Assembly: GCF_018350175.1 (NCBI RefSeq)
Contig: NC_058368.1
Location: forward strand, 16,184,001-16,248,000
DNA: 64,000 bases
From: Felis catus
Lineage: Eukaryota
Direction: 5' to 3'
Shown here in pieces: positions 23,797 to 36,130 of the stretch; position 1 is the stretch's first letter; the number at the start of each line of letters is the position of its first letter. The notes beneath the pieces are model-generated. The model did not search any database. It was not told the DNA's origin and saw only the letters and a program-made list of their open reading frames with translations. The translations under genes and the position numbers were made by a program.

Positions 23797-24835
23797 TGCT
23801 GGAAGCCGAGCTATCCCAGCCTGAGTGGCAGGGCCCCGGCTGTGGACGGATTGGTGACTGCAGGGCGGCCCGCCGACAGTGAAGCTTCTTGTACTCCCGC
23901 TTTTAGGTAATTTGGTCTTGTTAAAGTACCTGGGATATTGTCCGTTGGGGAATTGCCCTCGGCAGGCCCCCTGGGAAAAGAACCATTAGGGAAGAAAATA
24001 GGGTTCCAAGAAATTGTGCGGCTTATGTTTAGCCCTTGCCATCCCCTATGGAGACTCCTCTACTTACAGGAAGGATAGCCTCGTACGTTTGCCAGCAAAG
24101 AGGGCCTGTAAAGGAGAGACATATGGATTTGAAAGCCCCACTCTGGCAACTAAGGAGTGTATCTCTGGGCACAGGTGACTTCAACCCCTAGGCCCGCCTG
24201 GCCCCCCAGGAGGCATTCCAGATGATGACTGAACCTAGTCAGTTCATTGGCTCCTACGTGCATTGTCTCTCTAAGAATGTATGAGGCATGGGTTTCTAAG
24301 GCTTTTTCAGCCCATTTCTGGCACCTCGGACCGAGGCAAACACATTGTTCTTCTGGCCTCATGTGGTTAGGGGGTCATGTCCCTGAAACTGTTCCACTTG
24401 AGGTGTTGAGAAATGGAGGGCCTTTCGCGAGAAGAGCAAAGCAAATGCTTTGTAGATTATAGATTAACGCAGATGCATAATGGAATAATGTAAGAAATTA
24501 ATCAGTAATCAAAGGGTATGCAGGAAAATTAGGGGAAAATCACCATGTTATTTCTTAAAGGTTGTTTACACATAGGAACATTTTCAAAATTAGGTAATGT
24601 TAGAAAAACGTAGATGACGTATGTTACAAGGAAACCACTAGCATATATAATGCCACGTTTACTACAATAAATCGGCCAATTCAGCACACTGCTGTTGTCT
24701 GTGTCCATTTTTATTTTAGTTTTAGTTTTTTATTTTAGTTTTTTGTTTTCTACTTTTTTATTTTAGTTTTGTTTTATTTTCACCGACGCCGTTCTTCCTT
24801 CGGGAACCCCTGGTTGCTGGAGCTGGTCTCTGGCA
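23797..24835 (+). mobile_element. ~1.04 kb ERV2/betaretrovirus-like solo LTR
   Basis: TG...CA ends; ctcatac on both sides; TATATAA 24644-24650; AATAAA 24666-24671; T-rich U5; GC- and CpG-richer than the host L1. Confidence 0.88.
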
Positions 24836-25028
24836 CTCATACAGAGTGTGTTCATATTTTATTAGATCTGTACCTAAGTATTTTATTTTCATTTCTTTAC
24901 TCTTTTTGAGGGCTAACGTGAATGGAATTGTGTTTTTAATTTCAAATTCCACTTGTTCATTGCTAGTATATAGGCTACTCAATTTTGTATATTACAACCT
25001 TGCTGTGATCACTTATTAGTTCCAATAA

Positions 25029-25031
<3 letters not shown>

Positions 25032-25069
<38 letters not shown>
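25032..25069. repeat. (TG)n microsatellite
   Basis: Direct reading. Confidence 0.97.
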
Positions 25070-25070
<1 letters not shown>

Positions 25071-26691
25071 CCTTTTGATTTTCTGCATAGAATATCATGA
25101 CATCTACAAACAAAGACAGTTTTATTTCCTCCTTCCCAATGTGTGTACTTTTTTTTCCCCTTTCTTTACTGCATTAGCTAGAACTTTCAGTATGATGTTG
25201 AAAAGGAGTGGTGAGAGAGGATATTTTGCCTTGTACCTCATCTTTAGCAGGGCCACTTTAAATTTCTTACCATTATCTGATGTTAGCTGTAGGGTTTAGA
25301 TATTCTTTATCAAGTTGAGAAAGTTCCCTTCTATTTTCAGTTTCCTGAGAGTTTTTATCATGAATGGATGTTGGATTTTATCAAATGCTTTTTCTGTATC
25401 TATTGATGTGATATTGTGATTTTTTTATTTTGTAGCGTGTTGATGTGCCTGGATTATATTAATTGGTTTTCAAATGTTGAATCAGCCTTACATACTTGGG
25501 ATAAATGCCACTAGGTTGTGATGTATAATTCTTTTCATATATTGTTGGATTTAATTTTCTAATATTTTGTTGAGGATTACATCTATATTCACAACAGATA
25601 TTAGTCTGTAGTTTTTCCTTGTAACCTCTTTGTCTTATTTTGGTATTATAATCTTTTGTCTTATTTTGGTATTATACTGGCCTCTTGGGATGGGCTAGAA
25701 AATATCCGTTATGCTTCTAACCTCTCAGAGAGATTACAGAAAATTGGTACAATTTCTTCCTTAAATATTTGGTAGACTTTGCCAGTAAACCTATCTGGCC
25801 TAGTGTTTTTGTTTTGGTAGATTTTTAATTATTGATCCAATATGTCATAGATATTGGCCTGTTCAGATTGCCTATTCTTATGTGAGTTTCGACAGCTTGC
25901 GTCTTTCAAGGTATTGGTCTGTATCATGTGGGTAATCAAATTTGTGGACATATCATTATTCAGTTTTCTTTTATTACCCTTTTAAGGCCTGTGGGATTTT
26001 AAATGATGATCCTTCTTTTGTTTCTGATATTAATAATTTGTCTTTTTTTCCTTATAGCCTTGCTAGAGATTTATCAATTATATTGATCTTTACAAGAAAA
26101 CAGCTTTTGGTTCTATTGATTTACTCTATGGGTCTCCTGTTTTCATTTTCATTGATTTCTGATCTAATTTTTATTCTTTCTTTTCTTCTGTTTACTTTGA
26201 GTTTAATTTGTGCTTCTTTTTATAAGTTTCCAAAGGTGGAAATTTAGGTTGCTGATTTTAGATATTTTTTTTGCAATATAGTTATTTAATGCTATAAATT
26301 TCTAAGGACTGCTTTCATTGGTTCCCACAAATTTTGGTAATTGTGTTTTAATTTTCATTTAGTTAAAAATATTTTAAAATTTCTTTTGAAATTCCTTCTT
26401 TGACTCATGTGCTATTTAGAAGTGTATTGTTTACTCTCCTTAAATTTGGTATTTTCCAGTTGTCTTTCTGTTCTTGATATCTAGTGATTCCATTGTGGTA
26501 TGAAAGAACACACTGTATGATTTCTATTCTTTTAAAACTGCAGAGGTGAGTTTTATGGCCCAGAATGTCATCTATCTTGGTGGAAGTTCCATGTGGGCTT
26601 GAGAAATATGTGTATATTTGCCTATTGTTGGGTGAAATAGTCTATAGATGTGCATTATATCTAGTTTATTGATGGGAATTTTTGTGTTCGA

Positions 26692-27132
26692 CTAAGTCCT
26701 TCCTGTTTTCTGTCTGCTAGGTCTGCCCATTTCTGGTAGACTAGTGTCTAAGTCTCCAGTTATGATAATGGATGCATCTATTTCTCCCTGTAGTTCTACC
26801 AGTTTTTGTCCCAGGTAGTCTGATGCTCTGTTGTTAGGTACATATACATTAAGGGTCATTGTGTCCTCTTGGAGAATTGACCCCTTTATCATTATGTAAT
26901 GCCCTTCTTTATCTCTGATCACTTTTCTTGTTTTGAAATCAACTCTATCTACTCCAGCTTTCTTTTGATTTCTTGTTAACATTATATATTTTTCTTCATT
27001 CATTGGCTTATCATCTTTATGTGTCTTTATATTTAATGTGGGTTTCTTATAGATAACATAGAGTTGGGTCTTGTTTTTTGATCCACCCTGACAATCTTTT
27101 CTAGTCAGTGTGTTTAGAACATTGACAGTCAA
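26692..27132 (-). pseudogene. Decayed L1 ORF2 endonuclease domain
   Basis: KKAGV, RDKEGHYIMIKGSI, NVYVPN and IITGDLDT motifs of the L1 APE endonuclease. Confidence 0.92.
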
Positions 27133-28404
27133 TATGATTATTGATATATTTGCATTAATGTCTTCCTTGTTTGTTACTCTTTTCTAAATGTTGCCCTGTT
27201 TTTTGTTCCTATGTTTGTCTTCTACTCTTTCTTACTTCTGTGGTTTTAACTGAACATTTTATATGATTTCATTTTCTCACATTTCTTAGCATATCAGTTA
27301 TACTTATTTTTAAACTTTTTAGTGATTTCCCTAGAGTTGGAAATATACATTTACCATGAATCCAAGTCTGCTTTCAAATAACATTATACCACTTCATGGG
27401 TAGTGTGATTACCTTATAGTAACAAATAATCCTATTTCCTCTGTCTTGTCCCTGGTATTATTGTTGTCATTCATTTCAGTTATGTATAAGCATACATTAT
27501 CAAATACTTTTTGCTATTATTATTTTGAATGGACTATTTTTTGTTAGATCAGTTAAGAATAAGAAAAATTATAGTTTTTGTTTTATCTTCATTTATTCCT
27601 TCTTCAATGCTCTTCCTTCCTTTATGTTTGCATATACTTGTTTCTTACCTGTGTCATTTTGTTTTGTTTTGTTTTCTCTTAAAAACCTTTCTAACATTTC
27701 TTGTATGCAGTTCTACTGGCAACAAATATTCTTTAATTTTTGTTTGAAAGTCCTTGTTTCTCTTCACTTTTGAAGGGTAATTTCTTAGGGATCAAATGCT
27801 AGTATTTTTTGTTCTCAACACTTTAAATATTTACCTCCACTTTCTTGTTTGCATAGTTTCTCAGAAGTCAGATGTAATTTTTGTCTTTGTTCCTTTATCA
27901 GTAAAGTGTTTTTTCCTATGGCTTCCTTCAGGGTTATCTTTGATTTTCTGTACTTTGAAAATGATATGCCTAGGTGTGTTCTTTTTGCATTTATTCTGCT
28001 TGGTATTATTTGAGCTTTTTGGATCTGTGGTTGGTGTCTGACATAATTTTGGAACATTCTCTATCATTATTGTTTCAAATTTTCTTCGGTTCCTTTCTCT
28101 CTTCTCCTTCTGGTATTCCCATTATGCATTTGTATACTCTATGTAGTTGTCCCATAGTCCTTGGATATTCTGTTCTGGTTTTTTTGTTTGTTTGTTTCAG
28201 TTTTCATTATCTTTCTTTTCTGTTTTGGAGGTTTCTTTTGAGATGTCCTCAAGCTTAGAAATTCTTTCTTCAGCTGTGTCCAGTCTACTAAATAGCTCAT
28301 CAAAGGCATTCTTTATTTCTGTTACAGTGTTTTTGATTTCTAGCATTTCTTTTTGATTCTTCTTAAGATTCCCATCTCTCTGCTTACATTGCTCATCTGT
28401 TTTG

Positions 28405-28781
28405 TGTTGAGGAGGAAGAATTTCCTCTGCCCTTCAAGGCCCTTCTAGTTGGACTAAATATGAAATTGACATGAGACAGATAAACAGAAGAAAATTAAGT
28501 TTACTAGCATACATACAGGGAATCCACACAGACACAGAAAGGAAAAGCACCACTAACAGGAAGGTGAGTGGAGATGTTCAGAAAACAAAAGTTTCCTATT
28601 ATACAGTTAAGTTTTTTACTTAAAAAGGGATTTCTGTTAATAGCTCTCTTCTTGGTAGAGATAGGCAGTCGAGGAGGAGTTGAAGAGCTTTTCCTAAATC
28701 TGCTGTGGCTTGATTGCTTTTAACTCAAACTGTTTATGCCAAAGTGAACCATCTTGAGGTGGCCTATCCTTAGCCCCTACA
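28405..28781 (-). mobile_element. ERV1-class solo LTR inserted in L1 ORF1
   Basis: TGTTG...CTACA ends; 4-bp flanks tttg/cttg; related to 2889-3453; L1 resumes after. Confidence 0.8.
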
Positions 28782-31265
28782 CTTGCATGCTGTCTACTGT
28801 ATTCATTAGAGCCCTTAGCATAATAACTATAGTTGTTTAAATTCCTGGTTTGATAATTCCAACATCGTTACCATGTCTAGTTCTGATTCTTATTTTGTCT
28901 CTTCAAATTGTCTTTTTTGCCATTTGGTATGTCTTATAATTTTTCTTGATAGCTTATTAACATGATGTACCAGGCAAAAGGAATTGTTGTAAAACTTTGA
29001 ACTTCACAAATGTTTCTGTCTTTTTCTCCATGTTTAGCTGGGATAGGATGGCTAGAATGGGCTGGAATAGGCTATTTACTTCCCCCAGGTCAGTTAAGCT
29101 ATTGATCATATCCAAATAGGTTAGCCTCCCGGTTAATGAGGTTTTTCCTAAGGTTAGTCCTTGTTAAGAAGAACAGAGTGCTCTGGAGTATTCCTAAGTG
29201 GTTCCTTTCCCTCTCCCCCTGCAAGAAGTATGAGGACTAAGCTCCTTACACATGGAACTGGTCCTGGAAGTCTCCCTAACTTTCTCACTGATTACACATC
29301 AAAGGAATGACTCCCATGTTCTTTAGAAAGGGTTGTAAAACTGGCAAGATACTGGAAGGAGATTTACATATCAAAGAGACAGAAAAAATTCACAATTGCA
29401 AGTTTTCTAAAGTTAATGCTCTAACAAAAAGGGAAACCAGGACGTACAGTCATGAAGTCTTTTTAAAGTTTAGTCAAAGTGAAGGGAACTTGAAGACTGT
29501 TGTTCAGAGCAACAGGATGGAGTGGGGAGGGGAGATGATACTATTTATTATATACTGAATATGATTTCTATAAAGTAGATGTTCTTCTTTTTTTTAATAG
29601 AAAAAGCAATTTTTTAGAGAAATTAACTTTTAGAGAGATTAAGAATCTTAAATTACACAGCTAGTAGGAGATGCCAACAGTATTTGAATTCACATATCTC
29701 TGACATTTGCTGTACCAAGTGAATCATACCTTAAATCTTTTGAACTTCAAAGCCATCTGCTTTGTTTTCTGATCTAATTACAATGGAAATTTCTGCGTAT
29801 ATATTATATACATGTTATATATATTATATATATGGATATGGCTACTATGTACATATATTTCAACTTTTATTACTTTTCTTTTAACAACCCTGGCAGTCTC
29901 CTATTCACACTTACTCGTGGTATACACTGATTATTTATGAACACTTACAAAATCTGCCTTTATCCAGGAAAATCTAAAATATGTTATTAACATATGGCAA
30001 TGTGTCATAGGATCATCCAGGATGTTTGGAGAAGATTTGAGTTTTTTCAACCCATAGATCTTAAAAAGGAGACTGTAACTTCAATTGGAAAATAAAATAC
30101 TGTGTTAATATAAATATGTGTCTCATTATAAGACTATTGTAGACATTCAGTGATGATTGCTCACAGCAGTGCCATGCTGTGAATTCACTTAATAACATGG
30201 ATTTCAAGCAAGAAATCTAATTACACCTACAGGCATTATGGCTAAAATAGTACTGACATATGTAGTTCTTTCTCCAACATCACTCTTGCATTTCAGGGGG
30301 AAGATGAAAAAAAAAATGCAGCCAACATTAAGAAAATTTCCTACAAGTGTTCTAGAATAAACTGTTTACACATTTTCATTTTGCCCTTCCACAGTTGTTT
30401 AAACAGAAATAGAGTGGGAGAAAAGAAAAGAACTTCACCATAATCACATGTCAAGTCTAATTTATATCATGATGTCACCTAGTTTGACCAAAAATATCAT
30501 AACCAGACACGGTTGTCATTGTCTAAATATGCTATTCCTGATGATGGCCCAAATTGTAAATAAAACAAAAAGATTATATTTCTAAAAATAATTTATTTTC
30601 AAATAATTTCAGTAACTAAGAAGGACATACATATTGACATTTTAATTAGTGATAAATAACCAAAGTCATTTTCACCTAATTTTAGGTAAACGATCCTATA
30701 ACATACCTTTTTTTAAAGTGCCTTTTTAGTTCTAAATTAACATTTATATTTATTTTTGTCTTAGATGTTTCTACTCACTCACATGGGTTCTCTTTATCCC
30801 TGAAAGGAAATTCTTCACGTCATCTGTTGTGTTAGCTCATAATGTTTTTACGAAATAATTGCAGTTGTGATATTTTTGAATCATCATACTCCATTCTTAT
30901 GTATTTCCTTTTGATGAAGAACATTAGGGGTGTGGTATGGCCTATAGCTTTTTCCATTCTTTGATCTAGTAAATTAATAGCTTACATACTTGTAAACTCT
31001 GGCAAAGACCCTTGCTAAAAAGCTGCCAAATCTCCAGACCCAAATCAGATGCCATGTGAGCAGGACACAAGGGGAGGGAGGAAAGCAGAGAGAATCCGAG
31101 TCACGGAAAATGCACAGAAGCCAATAGAGAGGCTACCTGTTGAGTCATTAGGGACACTTACAATGAATGTAGTAATGAAATAGGTTTAATGTCCAAAGCT
31201 CAGAAGATTAGTTCATATTCAAATCTAGTTTCCTTTTTCTATAAAACACAGACCATTGCATTTTA

Positions 31266-31484
31266 TTTTTTTTAATGTTTATTTATTATTTTTGAGAGAG
31301 ACAGAGACAGCATGCAAGTGGGTTAGGGGCAGAGAGAGAGGGAGACACAGAATCAGACAGAAGCAGGCTCCAGGCTCTGAGCTATCAGCACAGAGCCTGA
31401 CGCGGGGCTCAAACTCATGAGCTGTGGAGATCATGACCTGAGCTGAAGTCAGATGCTCAACTGACTGAGCCACCCAGGCGCCCC
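31266..31484 (-). mobile_element. Feliform CAN-SINE
   Basis: Full body; 16-bp TSD agaccattgcatttta (31250-31265, 31485-31500). Confidence 0.96.
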
Positions 31485-32749
31485 AGACCATTGCATTTTA
31501 AAAACAGAGTCTATTATAATGATGCTGATATTATTAACAACAACAAAAAAAAAAAAAAAAAACAAAAACAGAGAGAGAGAAGAGATTATAGTCTTATCTG
31601 TCCACAGCAACAGCTTGTCCATAAAATAAAGTTATGATAGAGTGCCTGTAAGGTCACTTCTGCATTTCAATTTTTGTAATTCTTTAAGTCTGTAATGATA
31701 AAAACTTATATTTATATATAAATCTGAATTTAACAAAAACATGTGTATGTTCATGTTAGAAGCAGATGTGTAAATTTAGAATCTGAGCCCCAGTATTTTG
31801 TACATTGTTTCTTTTCACTCTGTTTGTTTCATCCCCAATTTCCCTTCTTTGACTCTTTCTTTTCTGAGTCTTTCCAAGTATAGAAAAACTCTTCCATTTG
31901 CTTGTCAGGCCTGGCATGCAAGATCACTGTACTCAAGAAATTCTGTTACTGCCCTCTTTTTTGGAAGGAACTCAAGAGTCAAGGCTTTGATGAATATGTG
32001 GAAGGTTGCTTCTTTATAGTTTTGCTTGAAGTATGATTGAGGAATGATTTTAAATATGAATGTTACACATATCAATGAGGCTGACTGGGAACTTTTCATT
32101 GTTCACAGTCAAATGCACAAACACTCTTACATCATTTTTTACAAAAATAAAAGAGAACAGAAATCAGGGAAGTACAGTGTTTGTAAAGAATGGAATACTC
32201 AATTTTGAACTGTTTAAAATAAATACTTTGGTATTTTTATTATGCTTTATTCAATTTATGTCTAGGTTTTACTGATTTCAGTATTTGGTATTCAGATACC
32301 ACGTGAAGTCCAAAATTAAGCCTGGAACAATTCTGCATCATTGGTTTGACTGAAAATCACATACACGTTGAACATTTGCTTGAGGCTCATTGTCTTTTAC
32401 AGTATATATTTCTTCTTTTCATTATTATTAACATTATAAACAGTCTTTTTTCAGAGGTCTTATTCTTTCCTAAAATAGAAAACTGTACACATTGTATTTT
32501 TATCATGACTTTGTCATCTCAGCTTGGCTCAATTCATTTCTTTATGATTTTTGAATCACCTTTCTCTACTAATTTTTCAGAATTTGAACAACTTCTCTTT
32601 CCATTTATAAATTAGAATAGTGTATAAGTCAACATCACCTTTATCCATGTAATAAATTTAATAGGATAACTTTGGTTTAGAATGGGAATACTTTCTCTCA
32701 CTCTCTTGTTTGCCATAGCGAGTTAGTTACCTTCTTCTATATTTCTCTT

Positions 32750-33440
32750 GTGTCCATCTAACTCCCATACTCCATTCCTCCTGCCTCTAACAGACTCCCT
32801 TTGCTTCTTGTTTAGGTTATTGCAGTAAATATCCAAACTATAACTCACTTCAGTTTTCCCTTGCAATTCATTCAAGACATAACTGCCTAATTAATGTTCC
32901 TGAAGCCTCTGGCTAACCAGAAAGCAATCAATGGCTCACTATTTCTACATAGATAAAAGTGATACAACTTTTCTTGACAAATATTTATTTAAAAATTTTT
33001 TGTCTCACTTTCCTCCTAATTGTTCTGAATTATTATTAAGTCAGGTTAATTATACTAATTGATTGTAATATCTGTACATTTTATGTATCTTTCTATCTCC
33101 ATTTCTTTGTTTAAGTTCTTCCTGTCACCTGGCAAATCTCTCCTTTCCCATGTCGATTTTCCCAAATCATAACTATAATTGGGAAACAGATCACATAGGG
33201 TCTCTGAGGCTGGCTAAGGTCTTTCAATTTTCTGCTCTTCTATAATGACTTTAACTATACTTATTGATAGTACTTTCTAAATTGTATATTAATCATGTGT
33301 ACACTAGGACCTTCTTCTGGGAGACCACAGCTTCTTGGTAACAGATTTAAAGCTCCTTATTTCATATCTGGGATTGAGAAATACTTATTCTGTTATCTCC
33401 TAAAGTGCCTAAACACTCAATAAATATCTGATAAATACCT
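32750..33440 (+). mobile_element. L2 relic
   Basis: 'ggttattgcagta', 'atcaatggctcactatttc', 'gtgcctaaacactcaataaatatctg'. Confidence 0.5.
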
Positions 33441-33840
33441 ACTCTTTGAGCAGAAGGATGAATAAACAAATGAAGAAGAGAATTTGGAAATGGGCATTTA
33501 AGTATGTTTTAAGGTAATGGTCTTGCTTTTTTCTTCTGAAGCACTTATAAGATTGTTACTATTTGTAGAGAAGGAGAATGGGAGAAAGAAGTTTAGGCGA
33601 CCTGGACATTTTTAAGAACAGATGTAGCTTGTGGTTACATTATATTCAATAAAAGAATAACAGTAAATGCTATTTTCCATTGTGGTAAAGAAAAATTGGA
33701 AGCTAAAGTGGTTCAGGTCAACTTGGTTTCTAAATTTTTTTCCAGTAACATTTTTCTGTGAAGGCTGAGAATTTGAGGCTCAGAACCCTGTAAGTTTAAC
33801 TAAAAATCTGTTATTAACCATACCAAAAGGAAGTCTTTGA

Positions 33841-34072
33841 TTTACTTAGTTTTGTTTATTTATTTTGGGAGAGAGAGAAAGAGAGAGAGAGACAGCATGC
33901 ATGAGTGGGGGAGGGGTAGAAACAGAGGGGAGGGGGAGAAAGAGAATCCCAAGCAGGCTCTATGCTGTGAACACAGAGCCTGACACAGAGCTCGATCCCA
34001 CGAACCATGAGGTCATGACCTGAGTCGAGATTAAAAGTAGGACACTTGACTGACTGAGCCACCCAAGGCACT
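33841..34072 (-). mobile_element. CAN-SINE (older)
   Basis: 'gagaatcccaagcaggctc...ctgactgagccaccca'. Confidence 0.92.
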
Positions 34073-34384
34073 GTAAAACAGTCTTTTTAAAGACTTGAAA
34101 TAACTGTAAGTAGATAATATGGGGGAATATAGCCAGAGACCAAAAGAATGTAAAATTAAAAAAATACCTCATAATCATCAAACAGACATTGGCTACTGAA
34201 TTTGACAGAGTGTGAATTTATATGGTTGCCCGCTCTCTATATACTTAGAAAAAGGTTAGGAGATATAGTGAGCTGTTCATTCAGGTAGGCAGTTAAGTTC
34301 AATCAGGTTAAGCTGCATTAGAAGGGCAAGCTCTGAATGGGAAGGGTGAATGATCTCTTGGGAGAATCAAAGTGCCATTTGATA

Positions 34385-34409
34385 GTGCTCACTTCAGCAG
34401 CACATTTAC
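34385..34409 (+). pseudogene. Tailless U6 snRNA retropseudogene (first 25 nt)
   Basis: GTGCTCACTTCAGCAGCACATTTAC versus U6 GTGCTCGCTTCGGCAGCACATATAC (22/25); 16-bp TSD with 1 mismatch (34369-34384, 34410-34425). Confidence 0.9.
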
Positions 34410-34749
34410 AAAGTGCTATTTGATAAGAAGTGTCTCACTTTTTCCACCTACAGGTAATATATTCTATTTCACTTGATTTCTCTTACGGATCTGTGCCTAT
34501 GTGAGACTTAAAGGAAGTGATTATTAATGAACAGAGAAGGAGGTTACCTTGGTCATTCATTTTAAGGAAATAATTTGGTGAGTCTAACTCTTCTGTCATG
34601 CAGGAGAGTACCTTTCAGGTATTTTCACATTAGTATCTCACCTCCTTAAAAATACCACAGGGTCTGATTGCAAAATGACTTGCACTCATGCAAATGTTTA
34701 AATGGCTATGTCATCTTGAGAGCCAGAATCTATGAACTATAAATTACAA

Positions 34750-35050
34750 ATTTCACATTTATTGACCAATGTGTGCCAGGAACTGTGTCATACTATTGCA
34801 TACATATTAACTGAATCGATCCTTACATAATTCTGTTTTTTATTTCCCATTTTATGAGCAAGGAAACTCAAAAAGGATGGAAAATAACGTAGAAATGACA
34901 ATATTGTTACTATTATCAATAATGCACAATATTTACATGGCGCTTCACCATTCATATTTTCATTTGGATTTTTGGATTAATCCTGTGATATAGGCAAGGC
35001 AGGAATCTTGCAAATGATGAAAATGAGTCATTGTCCAAGTTCACCCAACA
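34750..35050 (-). mobile_element. MIR relics (two)
   Basis: 'catttattga...gtgccagg...cccattttatgagcaaggaaactca'. Confidence 0.65.
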
Positions 35051-35160
35051 CATATACAAACATATACAGTTTGTATAACTGAACATACAAACAAACACAG
35101 GTGTTTTGGTTGTTCATTATTCACATCTGATTATTCAAGTGGTTAAACCCAAATGAAATA

Positions 35161-35388
35161 GGGCGCCTGGGTGGCGCAGTCGGTTAAGCGTCCGACTTCA
35201 GCCAGGTCACGATCTCGCGGTCCGTGAGTTTGAGCCCCGCGTCGGGCTCTGGGCTGATGGCTCGGAGCCTGAGCCTGTTTCCGATTCTGTGTCTCCCTCT
35301 CTCTCTGCCCCTCCCCCATTCATGCTCTGTCTCTCTCTGTCCCAAAAATAAATAAAAAACGTTGGAAAAAAAATTAAAAAAAAAAAAC
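35161..35388 (+). mobile_element. Young cat-type SINE (SINEC_Fc)
   Basis: Near-consensus, CpGs intact; TSD aacccaaatgaaata (35146-35160, 35389-35403). Confidence 0.97.
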
Positions 35389-35619
35389 AACCCAAATGAA
35401 ATAGAAGTGAGGAGCAAAGTTTGAGGAAGAAAACTTGGACAAAAGAATCCCTACCATGAATAAAACTTTCCTCTGAATTATGCTTCTTTTGAAAGGATGC
35501 TTGTGTCTGCTCCCTGCTCTTCATCAAAAAGTGCACGTCAGGTCACTGCTTAAGCTGTCTGCTTTGGGTCTGTGTGTTGTACTCTGAGAGGGACACAAGA
35601 CACAAATTATCAGGAGGGG

Positions 35620-36130
35620 AGGAGCCAGCTTAGCGAAAAAGACTTGAATCTCTACCATATCTGAGAATGTTAGAATCACCAGGAATGTTTCAGCCTGAGG
35701 AATAAAAAGTTTTGTTGGGAAGAATCAGAATCGTGTGGATGAAGCACATTCAGTCTTTAAGCCCTTCGGGAAAGTCCAGAACAGATGGTTAAAATTACAG
35801 AGAATGAATTTTCTTTTAACTCCGAGAGTAACTAAAATACTTTAATTTCTCAGATGAGGAGACTTTATTTTAAGGTATCAAGAGAAGGCTAATCTTTATT
35901 AACAACACAAGATCAAGCAATAATTTCACTGGGTGTTTTAACTATGACTACTGAAGCAGTGCTAACTGTCTAATGTAGAAATCTATCTGCACTTACAAGT
36001 GAGATTCTGAGGTTCAGAGAGGTTAAGTAGTTAACTCAAACACAGCTAGCAACTAGCTACAAGAGTTTTTGTACTAGTTGTGAGGTTGGACTAGATGACC
36101 TTTCAACAGTAAGACACTGTTACTCTTTAA
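35620..36130 (+). mobile_element. L3/CR1 relic with an internal MIR
   Basis: 'ccatatctgagaatg...ggaatgtttcagcctgagg' and 3' 'ggttggactagatgacct'. Confidence 0.5.

Larger units (their letters stand above)
21981..29280 (-). mobile_element. Near full-length ancient LINE-1 (L1MC1-like), with two LTR insertions
   Basis: L1MC1-type 3'UTR at ~22000-22300; ORF2 pieces (23547-23771 LIYRFSAIPIK/LILKFIW; 26692-27132 RDKEGHYIMIKGSI); ORF1 piece (27861-28067 TPRHIIFK); 5' boundary approximate. Confidence 0.9.

Noticed and set aside
25629..25676. 26-bp-period tandem duplication (similar ones at 51307-51331 and 52692-52735)
   Set aside because: Two-copy slippage duplications inside dead elements; no spacers, not CRISPR-like.
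35161..35240. tRNA-like A/B boxes suggesting tRNA genes
   Set aside because: These are tRNA-derived SINE heads followed by SINE body, (CT)n and A tail.
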